From an uncultured virus (IMG/VR IMGVR_UViG_3300009618_000004) (lineage: Duplodnaviria; Heunggongvirae; Uroviricota; Caudoviricetes), in IMG/VR virus record IMGVR_UViG_3300009618_000004: DNA of 64,000 nucleotides; one strand, written 5' to 3'. Positions 6,630-14,964 of this stretch are shown here, piece by piece. The translations under genes were made by a program, and so were the position numbers. The notes beneath the pieces are model-generated. The model saw only the letters and a program-made list of their open reading frames with translations. It was not told where the DNA came from and made no database searches. Position 1 is the first letter of the stretch; each line of letters opens with the position of its first letter.

Positions 6630-8054
6630 CTACGACTTCTTTCTCCGTCCCCTGCTAACCCGCAACGTCGTCGACGGTGCCGCCGTGAGCCCGGGCACGT
6701 TGAACGCCGCCATGAGCGCGCCGGCGAGTTTATCACAGGCCGCGAAATCCCACGACAGCAGCGGAGCTGCCTGATCGATCGGGTACTTCCCGTCGCGCAC
6801 AGCCTTCAGGAGCGCCGTGATCGAGGAAATATAGGCTTGGCCGGTATCGTCGGATTCCACAGCATCCCGGTCCACCTTCCAGATCGTCGAGGTACTCTGC
6901 CCTTCGATCTTGGGCGCAGCCGGCGGCACATACGTAGGTGGAATATACGGGCGTGGGACTTCGATCACTGGTGCATCGAAAAGGGTCTCAGCGCGCTGCA
7001 CGTCGCCCTCGTCGAGAGCGTCCTGCACGTCAAGAAGTTTGAGCCGTTCAGCCTCAGCCTCCTGCAGACGACGCGCCTCAGCCTCAGCCTCTTCGCGCGC
7101 CTTGCGCAGCGCTTCCTGCCGGATGCGCTCCTGGGTTTGATCCCAGGTCAAGATCTGCGCTTTGACATGCTTGATTCCGGCCTCCAGCGGCTCGACGCCG
7201 GCCTTCACCTTGCCGCCAGTCTCCATGTAGACCTCGTAGAGAACCTTGCGGAGCGGGTCCAGGGCGGCGATGGTCGTATCCTTCTTCGCCACCAGCCGGT
7301 TGAGTGTCTCGCTGGCTTCCACGCGCTTCTCGGCGGTGTCAATGCGCACGGTCAGCGCCTGCTGGCCAGTCTCGACGTTCTGAGCGATGATGGCCTTGAT
7401 CTCGCCTTCACGCTCGGAGAGCAGGTCCAGCGCCTCGGCCGCGGACTCGGGCGCGCGCCATGCGGCAAGAACTTCGCCGACGGGCTGGCGGACGATGGCG
7501 GTCTGCCCAATGTCGATTCCTCCGTCAAGAAGCGTGAATGAGCCGTCTGGGTGCTGGCTGTAAACATCAACCCTGTCCACCTGCGGATCCAACTGCCCTT
7601 CCGGAAACTTCTCCGGATCGCCGGATTGCTTCGACCAGTAGAGATCTCCCATCTCTCCTGTCCCACACTGGAAGGTTTGATCGGCGGGGATCGACGACGG
7701 TGCCGGGTCAATCCCATGCCCGTTCCATCCCGGCTCGCACAGTTTGATGTCCTCATCCATCACGCTCAGAGACTCGACTGGCTTCGTCTTCGGCGGCTCC
7801 GGCGTCTGGCTAGGGTCGGCGCCGAGCACGTCGTACTCCCAACTGGCGTTGCCTTTGATGTGCTGGTTCCACCAGGAACCGATGCTCTTCGCGGTCAGCG
7901 CCTCGTCGGCTACTTCCGGCGCAACGTTTTTGTATCTCCGGATTTCGTGCGTGCTCTTGAACTCGTAGAGCAGTCGCCATGTCGCCTCGTCGTAACCGGC
8001 GCGCGAGAACATCGAACTCTCGACCGGCTTCAATGCTGAAAATTCATTTGGCAT
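6630..8054 (-). CDS. N-terminal KTSC domain fused to a phage coiled-coil protein
   Basis: PVESSMFSRAGYDE...EFKS...RYKNVAPEV....L.AKSIGSWWNQHIK (KTSC), followed by a long charged helix. RBS AAGGAAAGGA precedes ATG 8054. Confidence 0.8.
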   Translation of the reverse strand: MPNEFSALKPVESSMFSRAGYDEATWRLLYEFKSTHEIRRYKNVAPEVADEALTAKSIGSWWNQHIKGNASWEYDVLGADPSQTPEPPKTKPVESLSVMDEDIKLCEPGWNGHGIDPAPSSIPADQTFQCGTGEMGDLYWSKQSGDPEKFPEGQLDPQVDRVDVYSQHPDGSFTLLDGGIDIGQTAIVRQPVGEVLAAWRAPESAAEALDLLSEREGEIKAIIAQNVETGQQALTVRIDTAEKRVEASETLNRLVAKKDTTIAALDPLRKVLYEVYMETGGKVKAGVEPLEAGIKHVKAQILTWDQTQERIRQEALRKAREEAEAEARRLQEAEAERLKLLDVQDALDEGDVQRAETLFDAPVIEVPRPYIPPTYVPPAAPKIEGQSTSTIWKVDRDAVESDDTGQAYISSITALLKAVRDGKYPIDQAAPLLSWDFAACDKLAGALMAAFNVPGLTAAPSTTLRVSRGRRKKS

Positions 8055-8277
8055 CTGGATTCCTTTCCTTGTTAGACTTCGTTGCTTCGTTGACCCGAAC
8101 ATATCCATCAGCAAAGTTCACACTCTTGATAGCTGACTCGATAGCTTGCACGGCAGTATCAAAACACTGCGATGCTTGGATGTTTTCGTGGAGATACTCC
8201 TCGCCGTGGGATTGCGCAGCGCACTTCCTGTGAGCGCGGAGTAGCAAGCCGATAATGCTTTCGTCTGTGTCGCTCAT
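8044..8277 (-). CDS. Hypothetical protein
   Basis: ATGA-coupled ORF with RBS GGAGG. Confidence 0.65.
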   Translation of the reverse strand: MSDTDESIIGLLLRAHRKCAAQSHGEEYLHENIQASQCFDTAVQAIESAIKSVNFADGYVRVNEATKSNKERNPDAK

Positions 8278-8927
8278 GCTGCCACCGCCTCCCATAGTTT
8301 TTGGTTGTGGTTAAGCCTCCACCAAACCAGCCTCAGCGCCGCAATCGCAATCGCCTCATCCTCTTGGCTGTTGGTATACGAATGGAGCTTGTAAGTCCCA
8401 TCTTTCTTCAACTGCAAAGCATGACGACGGACTCGGCCAACGTGGTTCGATTTGTGGACTCCGAGTTCCTGAAAGGCTGTCTGAATAGACCATGAAGGCT
8501 GCACAGAGCTTGCCGCCTTGACCTCAACCACCGCCTTGTCGCGTCCGAACTGACCAAACATATCCAACTTCATCCCGATTTTCATGCCGCATATCGTAGC
8601 AATAATCGGGGCTTCCGTCCAGGCCGGGTCCGGCTTAAAGTGCGTGTCGCCGAGGAACTTCAGGTAACCCATGAAGTATCCTTCAATCTCCGGCAATAGC
8701 CAGTTCGGATCGTAATCTCCTTCACGGTTGTAGCACTCAACAAGTTCATGGAGTTCTGTTCCGCGTTCGGCTGCCGCTTCCATGTCTTCGGGGCGCGCGC
8801 CGTCGAAGTTACTCAGGCCTGCGAGTTTGATAGTTTGCGTACAGCTCGGCACCCAAAGTCCATCGCTATCCCGATACTCATGCGGGTCGTCGTTGAAGGT
8901 GCCGCCGGGGATTTGGAGGATAGCCAT
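8274..8927 (-). CDS. PD-(D/E)XK (RecE/Cas4-like) exonuclease
   Basis: HEY...VPSCTQ, ERGTELH, E...KLD...VEVK...Q.AFQ motifs. Probable partner of RecT. Confidence 0.85.
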   Translation of the reverse strand: MAILQIPGGTFNDDPHEYRDSDGLWVPSCTQTIKLAGLSNFDGARPEDMEAAAERGTELHELVECYNREGDYDPNWLLPEIEGYFMGYLKFLGDTHFKPDPAWTEAPIIATICGMKIGMKLDMFGQFGRDKAVVEVKAASSVQPSWSIQTAFQELGVHKSNHVGRVRRHALQLKKDGTYKLHSYTNSQEDEAIAIAALRLVWWRLNHNQKLWEAVAA

Positions 8928-8928
8928 A

Positions 8929-9093
8929 CTATGCGCACCCCGATAGCGTAACCTGTGTCGCTGTGTCCGTGCGATGGAAAAACAGCCAGAGGATAAAGTC
9001 GCCAAACCAGCGCGGGATGAGCTTGCGCGGCTTGAGTTGGATACCCTGGCAGAGATAATTACCGTTGGCGGTTGTGATGGTGATTTCGCTCAT
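8929..9093 (-). CDS. Small hypothetical protein (54 aa)
   Basis: Manual translation MSEITITTANGNYLCQGIQLKPRKLIPRWFGDFILWLFFHRTDTATQVTLSGCA. ATGA-coupled and fills the gap. Confidence 0.6.
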   Translation of the reverse strand: MSEITITTANGNYLCQGIQLKPRKLIPRWFGDFILWLFFHRTDTATQVTLSGCA

Positions 9094-9269
9094 ACGCCCA
9101 CCTCGACAAACTCCACCGCTTTGTACTTGAAGCGCGACCTTCCCTGCCAGCCGTTCATCTTGTCCGCGGCGGCCGTCGCCTTGTCATGGTCCTTGTAGAG
9201 ATGGTACGGCGCGTGGAGACCCCAGGTTGCGCCGCCGTCGCGGGATTGTTCGATTAGCCAGATACTCAT
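9090..9269 (-). CDS. Small hypothetical protein, paralog of 62432-62629
   Basis: MSIWLIEQSRDGGATW...KAVEF. Confidence 0.7.
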   Translation of the reverse strand: MSIWLIEQSRDGGATWGLHAPYHLYKDHDKATAAADKMNGWQGRSRFKYKAVEFVEVGV

Positions 9270-9679
9270 AAGCGCACCTCGATTTCGTGAGGCACGTCGA
9301 AGAATCCGAGTTGGCCCTTGAGTGGAATTGGAACCGGAAGAATGACAGGGTTGCGCAGAACAAACCCGTACTTGCCGACAAAGAACTTGCTCGGATGCGC
9401 GGTGACGCAATCCACGATCTCGACCGTGCCGACGATGCAGCCGCCCGCCGCTTTCATGGCCGCCGTCGCATCCTTGTCTACCAGCGGAAGCGTAATCCCA
9501 TCACCCTCGGCCATGTGAAGCACGTCAAGCCAATCTTCCCGAAGTTCTTCCCATTTCCACCACTTGCTCGCGTGCAAGGCGATGCGCCCGCGCTGGCTCG
9601 TGTACCAGTCACGATTTTCAACAGGCTTGCCATGCAAGATTGCCCACCACCAGGGCGCTCTGACGCTCAGTGCTTTCAT
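9266..9679 (-). CDS. ASCH domain protein
   Basis: MKALSVRAPW...GKPVENRDW...RGRIALHAS...GCIVGTVEIVD...KGQLGFF. Confidence 0.92.
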   Translation of the reverse strand: MKALSVRAPWWWAILHGKPVENRDWYTSQRGRIALHASKWWKWEELREDWLDVLHMAEGDGITLPLVDKDATAAMKAAGGCIVGTVEIVDCVTAHPSKFFVGKYGFVLRNPVILPVPIPLKGQLGFFDVPHEIEVRL

Positions 9680-9780
9680 CTATCTTTCCTTTCCTTCCTC
9701 GCCACCCGGCCAGAATCCTGCTGCCCCATGAAGGCGAACAAGACTCTGACCCGCAGCGCACTCCGCCGTTGCCGGCAAAG

Positions 9781-10197
9781 CTAGTTGTCGACTTCGATCT
9801 CGTACCGCTCCAGGTCGCTCTCCAGTTCCTCGGCCCGCAGGCTGTGGTACTGGTACTCGCGCTCCAGAATGGCCTTGAGGTCGTCAACCGCGTTCTCCGC
9901 CTTGTCGAGCGCGGTATCGAGGTTGTCGATGCGCTTCTTGGCCTCGTCGAGCTGCGCGGCCAGGGTGACACTCTCCTGAACGCCGTTGAGAGCGTTATAG
10001 GCTGTCGGAATGTCCAGCGTGACCGTGCGCTTCACTCGCTTGGCCACCCTCGCCTTTTTCTTCGCGGCCTTCTTCGCCGGCTTCGCACTCGTCTTCTTGC
10101 CGGCCTTGACTGCCGCCCAGCGCTTCTTCTGCGCGTCTGCAATGCGCTGCCTGGCCTCGGGGCTCAGGACGCGCTTCGGTTTTGTCTCGTCTGCCAT
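9781..10197 (-). CDS. Basic histone-H1-like protein with C-terminal coiled coil
   Basis: KRVLSPEARQRIADAQKKRWA motif and AKKAAKKK tract. Confidence 0.75.
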   Translation of the reverse strand: MADETKPKRVLSPEARQRIADAQKKRWAAVKAGKKTSAKPAKKAAKKKARVAKRVKRTVTLDIPTAYNALNGVQESVTLAAQLDEAKKRIDNLDTALDKAENAVDDLKAILEREYQYHSLRAEELESDLERYEIEVDN

Positions 10198-10224
10198 TGT
10201 TTGATTGTCCTTTCTGGGTTGATG

Positions 10225-11148
10225 TTACGTTGTTGGAAACTGCTTGATGTTGAGGTCGTCCGGCAGGTCGTGGCCCTTGCTTGGCCCGAATACGCTGCCC
10301 ATTTGTTTCATAAAGAACGGCACGCCGGCTGACATACACTGATCGCGCAGGCTCCGCGCCCAGTCCGGATGCATCGGCCGCGCGCCGGGTCCACTCTCGC
10401 CGCCGCAGATTGTCCAGTCGAGGTATCTTCCTAGTTGCGCTCCAGGAACTTTGTCGTTCCTGATGTAGCAATTTCCACGAAGCTCCACCGGTCCCAGCAG
10501 CGGCTCAGCCGAGACAAACCGCACCGCCGCCGACGTTTGCAACAGCAGAGGAATCCGCACATCCGCCGCCGCCTGGTTCTCCACGCTTACTCCCAACCAG
10601 ACGTTGGGTAATGGCTGAGTTAGCCGATGATCCTTACGCGGTATGTCGGCGATACCTTCGTCGTGCCATCGAACCAAAATCTCTGCCTCGCGCAAGCCCC
10701 AACAAGTACTCAAATACTTCAGCATCCGCTCCGGCCTCTTCGTCAACACCTGAAACACGTGCTGAGGACACAACGCCATCACCGCGAAAATCTGGTCAAT
10801 CCACTCATCCGGCACATTCTCATGGAAGAGGTCACTGACTGAGTTGACGAAGATGCGGCGTGAGCGATAATTCTGCCATCTACCAATACCGCGACCGCTG
10901 CCCGTCGTAAACAGTGACCCCCATTTCAGTGGGTCCAGCAGATGCTTTTCGACCAACTCAACTTTGCCGGTCCAGTGAGCGCCGTCGCTCTTGATGACCG
11001 CCAAGCCATTGCCCCATTGACCAGGATCGCTGAAGCGAGCTGCCATCGTTTCCGCATAGCAGTGACGGCAGCCCTCGCTTACGCGCGAGCAGCCGCGAAT
11101 AGGGTTCCAGGTTGAGTCCGTCCATTCGATACCTGTCTTCGTTCCCAT
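10225..11148 (-). CDS. Phage Gp37/Gp68 (DUF5131) radical-SAM-like protein
   Basis: IEWTDSTWNPIRGCSRVSEGCRHCYA, FVNSVSDLFH, LTKRP, EPLLG, GGESG and FFMKQ. Confidence 0.95.
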   Translation of the reverse strand: MGTKTGIEWTDSTWNPIRGCSRVSEGCRHCYAETMAARFSDPGQWGNGLAVIKSDGAHWTGKVELVEKHLLDPLKWGSLFTTGSGRGIGRWQNYRSRRIFVNSVSDLFHENVPDEWIDQIFAVMALCPQHVFQVLTKRPERMLKYLSTCWGLREAEILVRWHDEGIADIPRKDHRLTQPLPNVWLGVSVENQAAADVRIPLLLQTSAAVRFVSAEPLLGPVELRGNCYIRNDKVPGAQLGRYLDWTICGGESGPGARPMHPDWARSLRDQCMSAGVPFFMKQMGSVFGPSKGHDLPDDLNIKQFPTT

Positions 11149-11171
11149 GCTTTCCTTTCCTTGAACTTCAA

Positions 11172-11281
11172 TGCGCGGTCCTTTGACGCCCATTGCTCTC
11201 CAACGTGTAAACACGCTCCGAGGGGCGGGCCACCAAGCCGCTGTTCTTCACAGTCTCCCGCGCATCTCCCCTTGCGGGAAG
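11172..11281 (-). ncRNA. Candidate structured intergenic RNA, element B (related to element A)
   Basis: Same closing helix ATGCGCGG...GGACCGCGCA, internal hairpins, and an upstream TTCCC-GCAA-GGGGA hairpin. Confidence 0.45.
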
Positions 11282-11282
11282 G

Positions 11283-11633
11283 TCAAAATGGAATGTCGTC
11301 GTCGCTGACAGGCTTCGCCGGTACAAGTACAACCTCTGCTGGAATCTCCTCGTTTTGAGAGGCTGCTTCAACCGCTGGTTCTGGCTCCGGAATTGGAGGT
11401 CCGTCAACTTCTTCGATCAGCATCACATTGTTGTATGACGCAAACCGTACAAACTCCATACTCTCGCTCTGACGGAACAAATCAGCCGTTCCGTCGCTGC
11501 TCGCGTGGTAGTAGTGGCACTGTCGGACAACCACTACGGCTTCAAGTTGACTCTTCATCACCACCCGCACCCACTTGGGTTTCAGGTATGCGGTAGTCAA
11601 TGTGGATGGCCCGATTCTGGGAACGTTTAGCAT
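11283..11633 (-). CDS. Hypothetical protein with SSB-like acidic C-terminal tail (DDDIPF)
   Basis: C-terminus ...PVSDDDIPF, directly downstream of recT. Confidence 0.75.
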   Translation of the reverse strand: MLNVPRIGPSTLTTAYLKPKWVRVVMKSQLEAVVVVRQCHYYHASSDGTADLFRQSESMEFVRFASYNNVMLIEEVDGPPIPEPEPAVEAASQNEEIPAEVVLVPAKPVSDDDIPF

Positions 11634-11733
11634 AGCATCCTTTCTCAGCGGTCTGGTTTGCCGGACGCCGCCGGCTGGCTCATGCCCACGAGCCAAGATT
11701 AAACCCGCACCAGTCTATGCGTGGATTGCTCGC

Positions 11734-12696
11734 CTACTCTCCACGCTGTTCCTTGTCGCGCCGCTCGATCTCGGCGGCAAGCTCCTTGTCGACCGTGGCA
11801 AAGTCCTTGTGTGCTGTGAAGAACGCGACGCGCTCGTCGTGGGTAAAGCCCAAAACATCGAACTTCTCGTTCACCGCCTTCTTGATCGGCGACAGCGAAT
11901 CCGCCCAGGCGAAAGCCAAATCCTTCTTGCTGACCGGAATGTCTTTGGAGTTCTTGTCGTTGTGCGGCTGGCCGATCTGAAGGTTGTCGCGGAGCCACGC
12001 CTTCGCTTCATCCGGCGTCCACCCCGAGGCCTTGTACCGCTTGTAGAAGTCACTGCCCCCGCTCTGCCCGATCGTTTCCTCAGCCTTCTCGACGACCGGC
12101 GCCGGAGCACTGGACTGCGGCTGCCCTTCGATGGTCTCGCCGGGGTAATCGCGGAGTTCTTCGACAGTCTTGAGACCTTTGAGCGCGTCGGGGAATTGGT
12201 CGCGCATGGCAAAGGCGCGGGCGCGCATCTGCATCATGCGGAACGGGGCGGTTGTCCAAGGTCCAGCTTTCTTCCAGAGTCCGGCGGTAAGGGCGTCATC
12301 TTGCCCGAAGGTTGCCTTCACGTCTGGCTGGCCACGACGCTTGATGATACAAGTCGCCTTGTTGTTTTTTTTGATCGTATCCGGGTCGTCCTCGTGGATA
12401 CTTACGAAGTCCGGATGAGTCTTGATGATGGCAAGCGCACCGTCGCCCCACAATGCCGGACGATTGTTTACCGTGTAGATGGATTGAAGTGCCTGGATAG
12501 GAGGCAAGCCGACCTCATAACCTAGCTGGATCGCTACCACGATCGCTCCCGGTTTCCCTGCGTAATCACGCGGAATCATTCCTGAATCCGCGATAAGTGT
12601 CGCAAACTCGATGGCCTCTTTGAGTGTCCGAGGAGCGAAGGTATTCGTCTGCTCAAGTTGCGCCGACGATTGAACTACAAGAGCGTTATCTGCCAT
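11734..12696 (-). CDS. recT: RecT-family single-strand annealing protein
   Basis: SGMIP...GKP...AIQLGYEVGLPPIQALQSI...GLW...PW...P.RM...RARAFAMRDQFPDALKG. Confidence 0.9.
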   Translation of the reverse strand: MADNALVVQSSAQLEQTNTFAPRTLKEAIEFATLIADSGMIPRDYAGKPGAIVVAIQLGYEVGLPPIQALQSIYTVNNRPALWGDGALAIIKTHPDFVSIHEDDPDTIKKNNKATCIIKRRGQPDVKATFGQDDALTAGLWKKAGPWTTAPFRMMQMRARAFAMRDQFPDALKGLKTVEELRDYPGETIEGQPQSSAPAPVVEKAEETIGQSGGSDFYKRYKASGWTPDEAKAWLRDNLQIGQPHNDKNSKDIPVSKKDLAFAWADSLSPIKKAVNEKFDVLGFTHDERVAFFTAHKDFATVDKELAAEIERRDKEQRGE

Positions 12697-12735
12697 GCTG
12701 CTTTCCTTTCTCGGTTATTAGTTCTAACAATTGTA

Positions 12736-12764
12736 AGCGTAGTCTACCGGACTGCCGTTGTCAA
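12736..12764 (-). promoter_or_regulatory. Leftward early promoter (recT operon)
   Basis: TTGACA-17 bp-TACGCT on the minus strand. Confidence 0.7.
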
Positions 12765-12771
12765 CCCCCGC

Positions 12772-12800
12772 TTGCAATTATTTTTGAGATTCCCTATAAT
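12772..12800 (+). promoter_or_regulatory. Rightward promoter, leaderless to ATG 12808
   Basis: TTGCAA-17 bp-TATAAT, then 7 nt to the ATG. Confidence 0.75.
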
Positions 12801-12807
12801 CGGCCTC

Positions 12808-13038
12808 ATGGCGAAGAAACCCATCACGTCGAGAAGGCATCTCAAGGCTGGCCGGAAGGCGAAGTTGACGAAGGATATGCCCGATTTTTACGCCAAACTG
12901 GGCAGCCGCGGCGGCGAGAACACGCTCAAAAATAACGGCACGCTCTTCTTCCGCCGAATTGCCTCTCTTAGCCACCAGAAGCGCCGCGAGAATGCCGCCG
13001 CCCGCGAACTGGAGAACGATGCCCGAGCCGCCCGTTGA
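12808..13038 (+). CDS. Small basic protein with KGG/stress-protein-like motif
   Basis: DFYAKLGSRGGENT...GTLFFRRI resembles the EFYxEIGRKGG repeat. Confidence 0.65.
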   Translation: MAKKPITSRRHLKAGRKAKLTKDMPDFYAKLGSRGGENTLKNNGTLFFRRIASLSHQKRRENAAARELENDARAAR

Positions 13039-13816
13039 GTCCATCTCCCTCGCCGATCTGGCAAAGGAACTCGGCGTCAAGCCTGACCGGCTCCCCCTGC
13101 TCGTCCTCGAAGGCTACCTCCGCCTAGTCAAGTCCGGCTGCTACGCGGAGGATACCTTTGTCGAGAGGCCGGGAGCCGGCGCGCGTGAATGGCTCCGCGC
13201 CATGTTCGCGCCGCTCAAACAACGCCCCATGCTGCCCATTAAGGACGTGGCCAAGTTTCTCCAGATGAGTCTGCTGGAACTGCGGCGCTGGTGCCTCCAC
13301 TTCAACATCCCGATCTATATGGACGCCGCCTTCGGGGAACTGCTCACCCTCAAGAACTTCTACAGCCTGCAAAATGGGTTCTTTGAGATCCAGAGTCCGC
13401 TGCGCACTGACCGCCAGGCGCTGTTTGTCTTCTTTACCCGCGTCAAGCAGCTTGGCCGACATGAACTTGTCAAGCTAAAACGATACGATCTTCGTCTCGA
13501 AAAGGAGATCAGGCGCATTGTCGCCCTGCCGGAACCGCAGAGAACTGTCCAGGCTACATCGTTTTGGTCAAGTTATCGGGACGCGAAGACATTAGCCGAG
13601 TGCATCTTCCACACGAATAAGAAACCATCGGTGTATGCAAAAAGTGTTGATAATAAGATGAGGATCGTCGAAGTTTCTCTAAGTAAAAAGATGAGGAGTC
13701 GTTGGAATCTCAGGGCGCGCTCACTTGAATCCCTGCGAAGAAATCGTCTACTATCACCTACTGCCGCGACAGAGAACGGCGAACAGGCGCACGACGCTTC
13801 GGCTTCCGCGTCTTGA
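13019..13816 (+). CDS. Putative DNA-binding protein with two HTH-like segments
   Basis: ISLADLAKELGV and LPIKDVAKFLQMSLLELRRWC. RBS GGAG precedes ATG 13019. Confidence 0.65.
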   Translation: MPEPPVESISLADLAKELGVKPDRLPLLVLEGYLRLVKSGCYAEDTFVERPGAGAREWLRAMFAPLKQRPMLPIKDVAKFLQMSLLELRRWCLHFNIPIYMDAAFGELLTLKNFYSLQNGFFEIQSPLRTDRQALFVFFTRVKQLGRHELVKLKRYDLRLEKEIRRIVALPEPQRTVQATSFWSSYRDAKTLAECIFHTNKKPSVYAKSVDNKMRIVEVSLSKKMRSRWNLRARSLESLRRNRLLSPTAATENGEQAHDASASAS

Positions 13817-13874
13817 CCGTGCGCCCATTCTTCTTGTTGTAGGACCAGCGTCCTTTGCTGCGCGCCATGCTGCC

Positions 13875-14483
13875 TCAGTTCTTCCCGGTCTTCGCCTTGA
13901 AGTCGTTCACCGCCGCTTCCAGGCCGGCCACGTGCGCCACGAGCTTCTCGATGACGTTGGCAACGATTGTGCCGGGGTATCCCGCCGCTGAACTCGTCTG
14001 CAGGATGGACAGCACCTCTCGCGCATGGTCAAGCTCGTCTTTGGCTGCGGTGAACAGCGTCTCGCCGTGGACCAGGAGCGTACTGATGGCGGCCTTGGCT
14101 TCGGCGACGGCCGTTTCTGTCGCTTCGCTGACCTGCTCGACTACCGCCGTGGTACTGGTGCTGGCCGCAATGGATTGCTCGGCGGCCACGGCGTCGAGGT
14201 CGGCGGCAGACGGGGTTCCTGTCTCAGAAGGCTCCTCGGCGGCTGCAGGAGTGGGTTCGGGGACCGTGGCCGGGATTGCGCTTGGATAGGGGGCTGCTTC
14301 GGATGGGGATGGGAGGTTCTGTTCGTTCGATGCCGCCGTAGTCTCCTCCGCCGCGCAGCTCGTGTCCGGGAATGAAGAAGATTCCGCTGACCAGATCGTA
14401 GAGCTGATCGTAGGGTCCGCCGCTACCGGCTCGCTCTCTGTGGTGAGTGTTGCCGGGGTCTCCAGCGTTGTCTCGTCTGGCAT
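13875..14483 (-). CDS. Acidic low-complexity hypothetical protein with its own promoter
   Basis: RBS AGAGGA. Upstream TTGCAA-17-TAGGAT at 14523-14551. Confidence 0.75.
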   Translation of the reverse strand: MPDETTLETPATLTTESEPVAADPTISSTIWSAESSSFPDTSCAAEETTAASNEQNLPSPSEAAPYPSAIPATVPEPTPAAAEEPSETGTPSAADLDAVAAEQSIAASTSTTAVVEQVSEATETAVAEAKAAISTLLVHGETLFTAAKDELDHAREVLSILQTSSAAGYPGTIVANVIEKLVAHVAGLEAAVNDFKAKTGKN

Positions 14484-14568
14484 AATGGTGTCCTCTTTTG
14501 GCTTGGGATACTGCTTGCACTTATCCTATTCCAAGCCAGACATTATTGCAAGCGGAATCAGAACCGGA

Positions 14569-14937
14569 TCATCCTACTTTTTCCAACATGAGAATTTCCT
14601 GATGATATTCGGGTGATCCACCCAGCCAAAATTGTTGTTCTTTGAAAACTTCTTCTTTGAAGTCCTCAAAACTGTAAAGTCTTGGTTTTTGACTTCTCGG
14701 TAACCTTATGGTAAGAAAATGATTTTCACACGCACTGTACATTTCGTGGTTATAATCTTTACACAGTGGAATGCACGCCCGAAGCCCATCGTTACGACCA
14801 AACCAAACGCACTGAAAACCGGCGGTCTTTTCGATGTATCTACCAATTATTCGACGCTGCTCCGATAACACTTCCGGCGCAGAAACCGCCACAACCGCTA
14901 CCGCTAGTGCTGCTTTCCCAAAATCTCGTCTGTTCAT
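14569..14937 (-). CDS. Hypothetical protein with twin-arginine-like signal
   Basis: N-terminus MNRRDFGKAALAVAVVAVSA. Confidence 0.7.
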   Translation of the reverse strand: MNRRDFGKAALAVAVVAVSAPEVLSEQRRIIGRYIEKTAGFQCVWFGRNDGLRACIPLCKDYNHEMYSACENHFLTIRLPRSQKPRLYSFEDFKEEVFKEQQFWLGGSPEYHQEILMLEKVG

Positions 14938-14964
14938 GGATTTCTCCCTGCTTGCAATTGTACA

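Noticed and set aside
6477..7541. Long plus-strand ORFs opposite real genes (also 2009-2806, 11575-12525, 28800-29711, 37309-38376, 43500-44372)
   Set aside because: These are typical antisense shadow ORFs of GC-rich codon-biased genes, with no RBS or domain signal.
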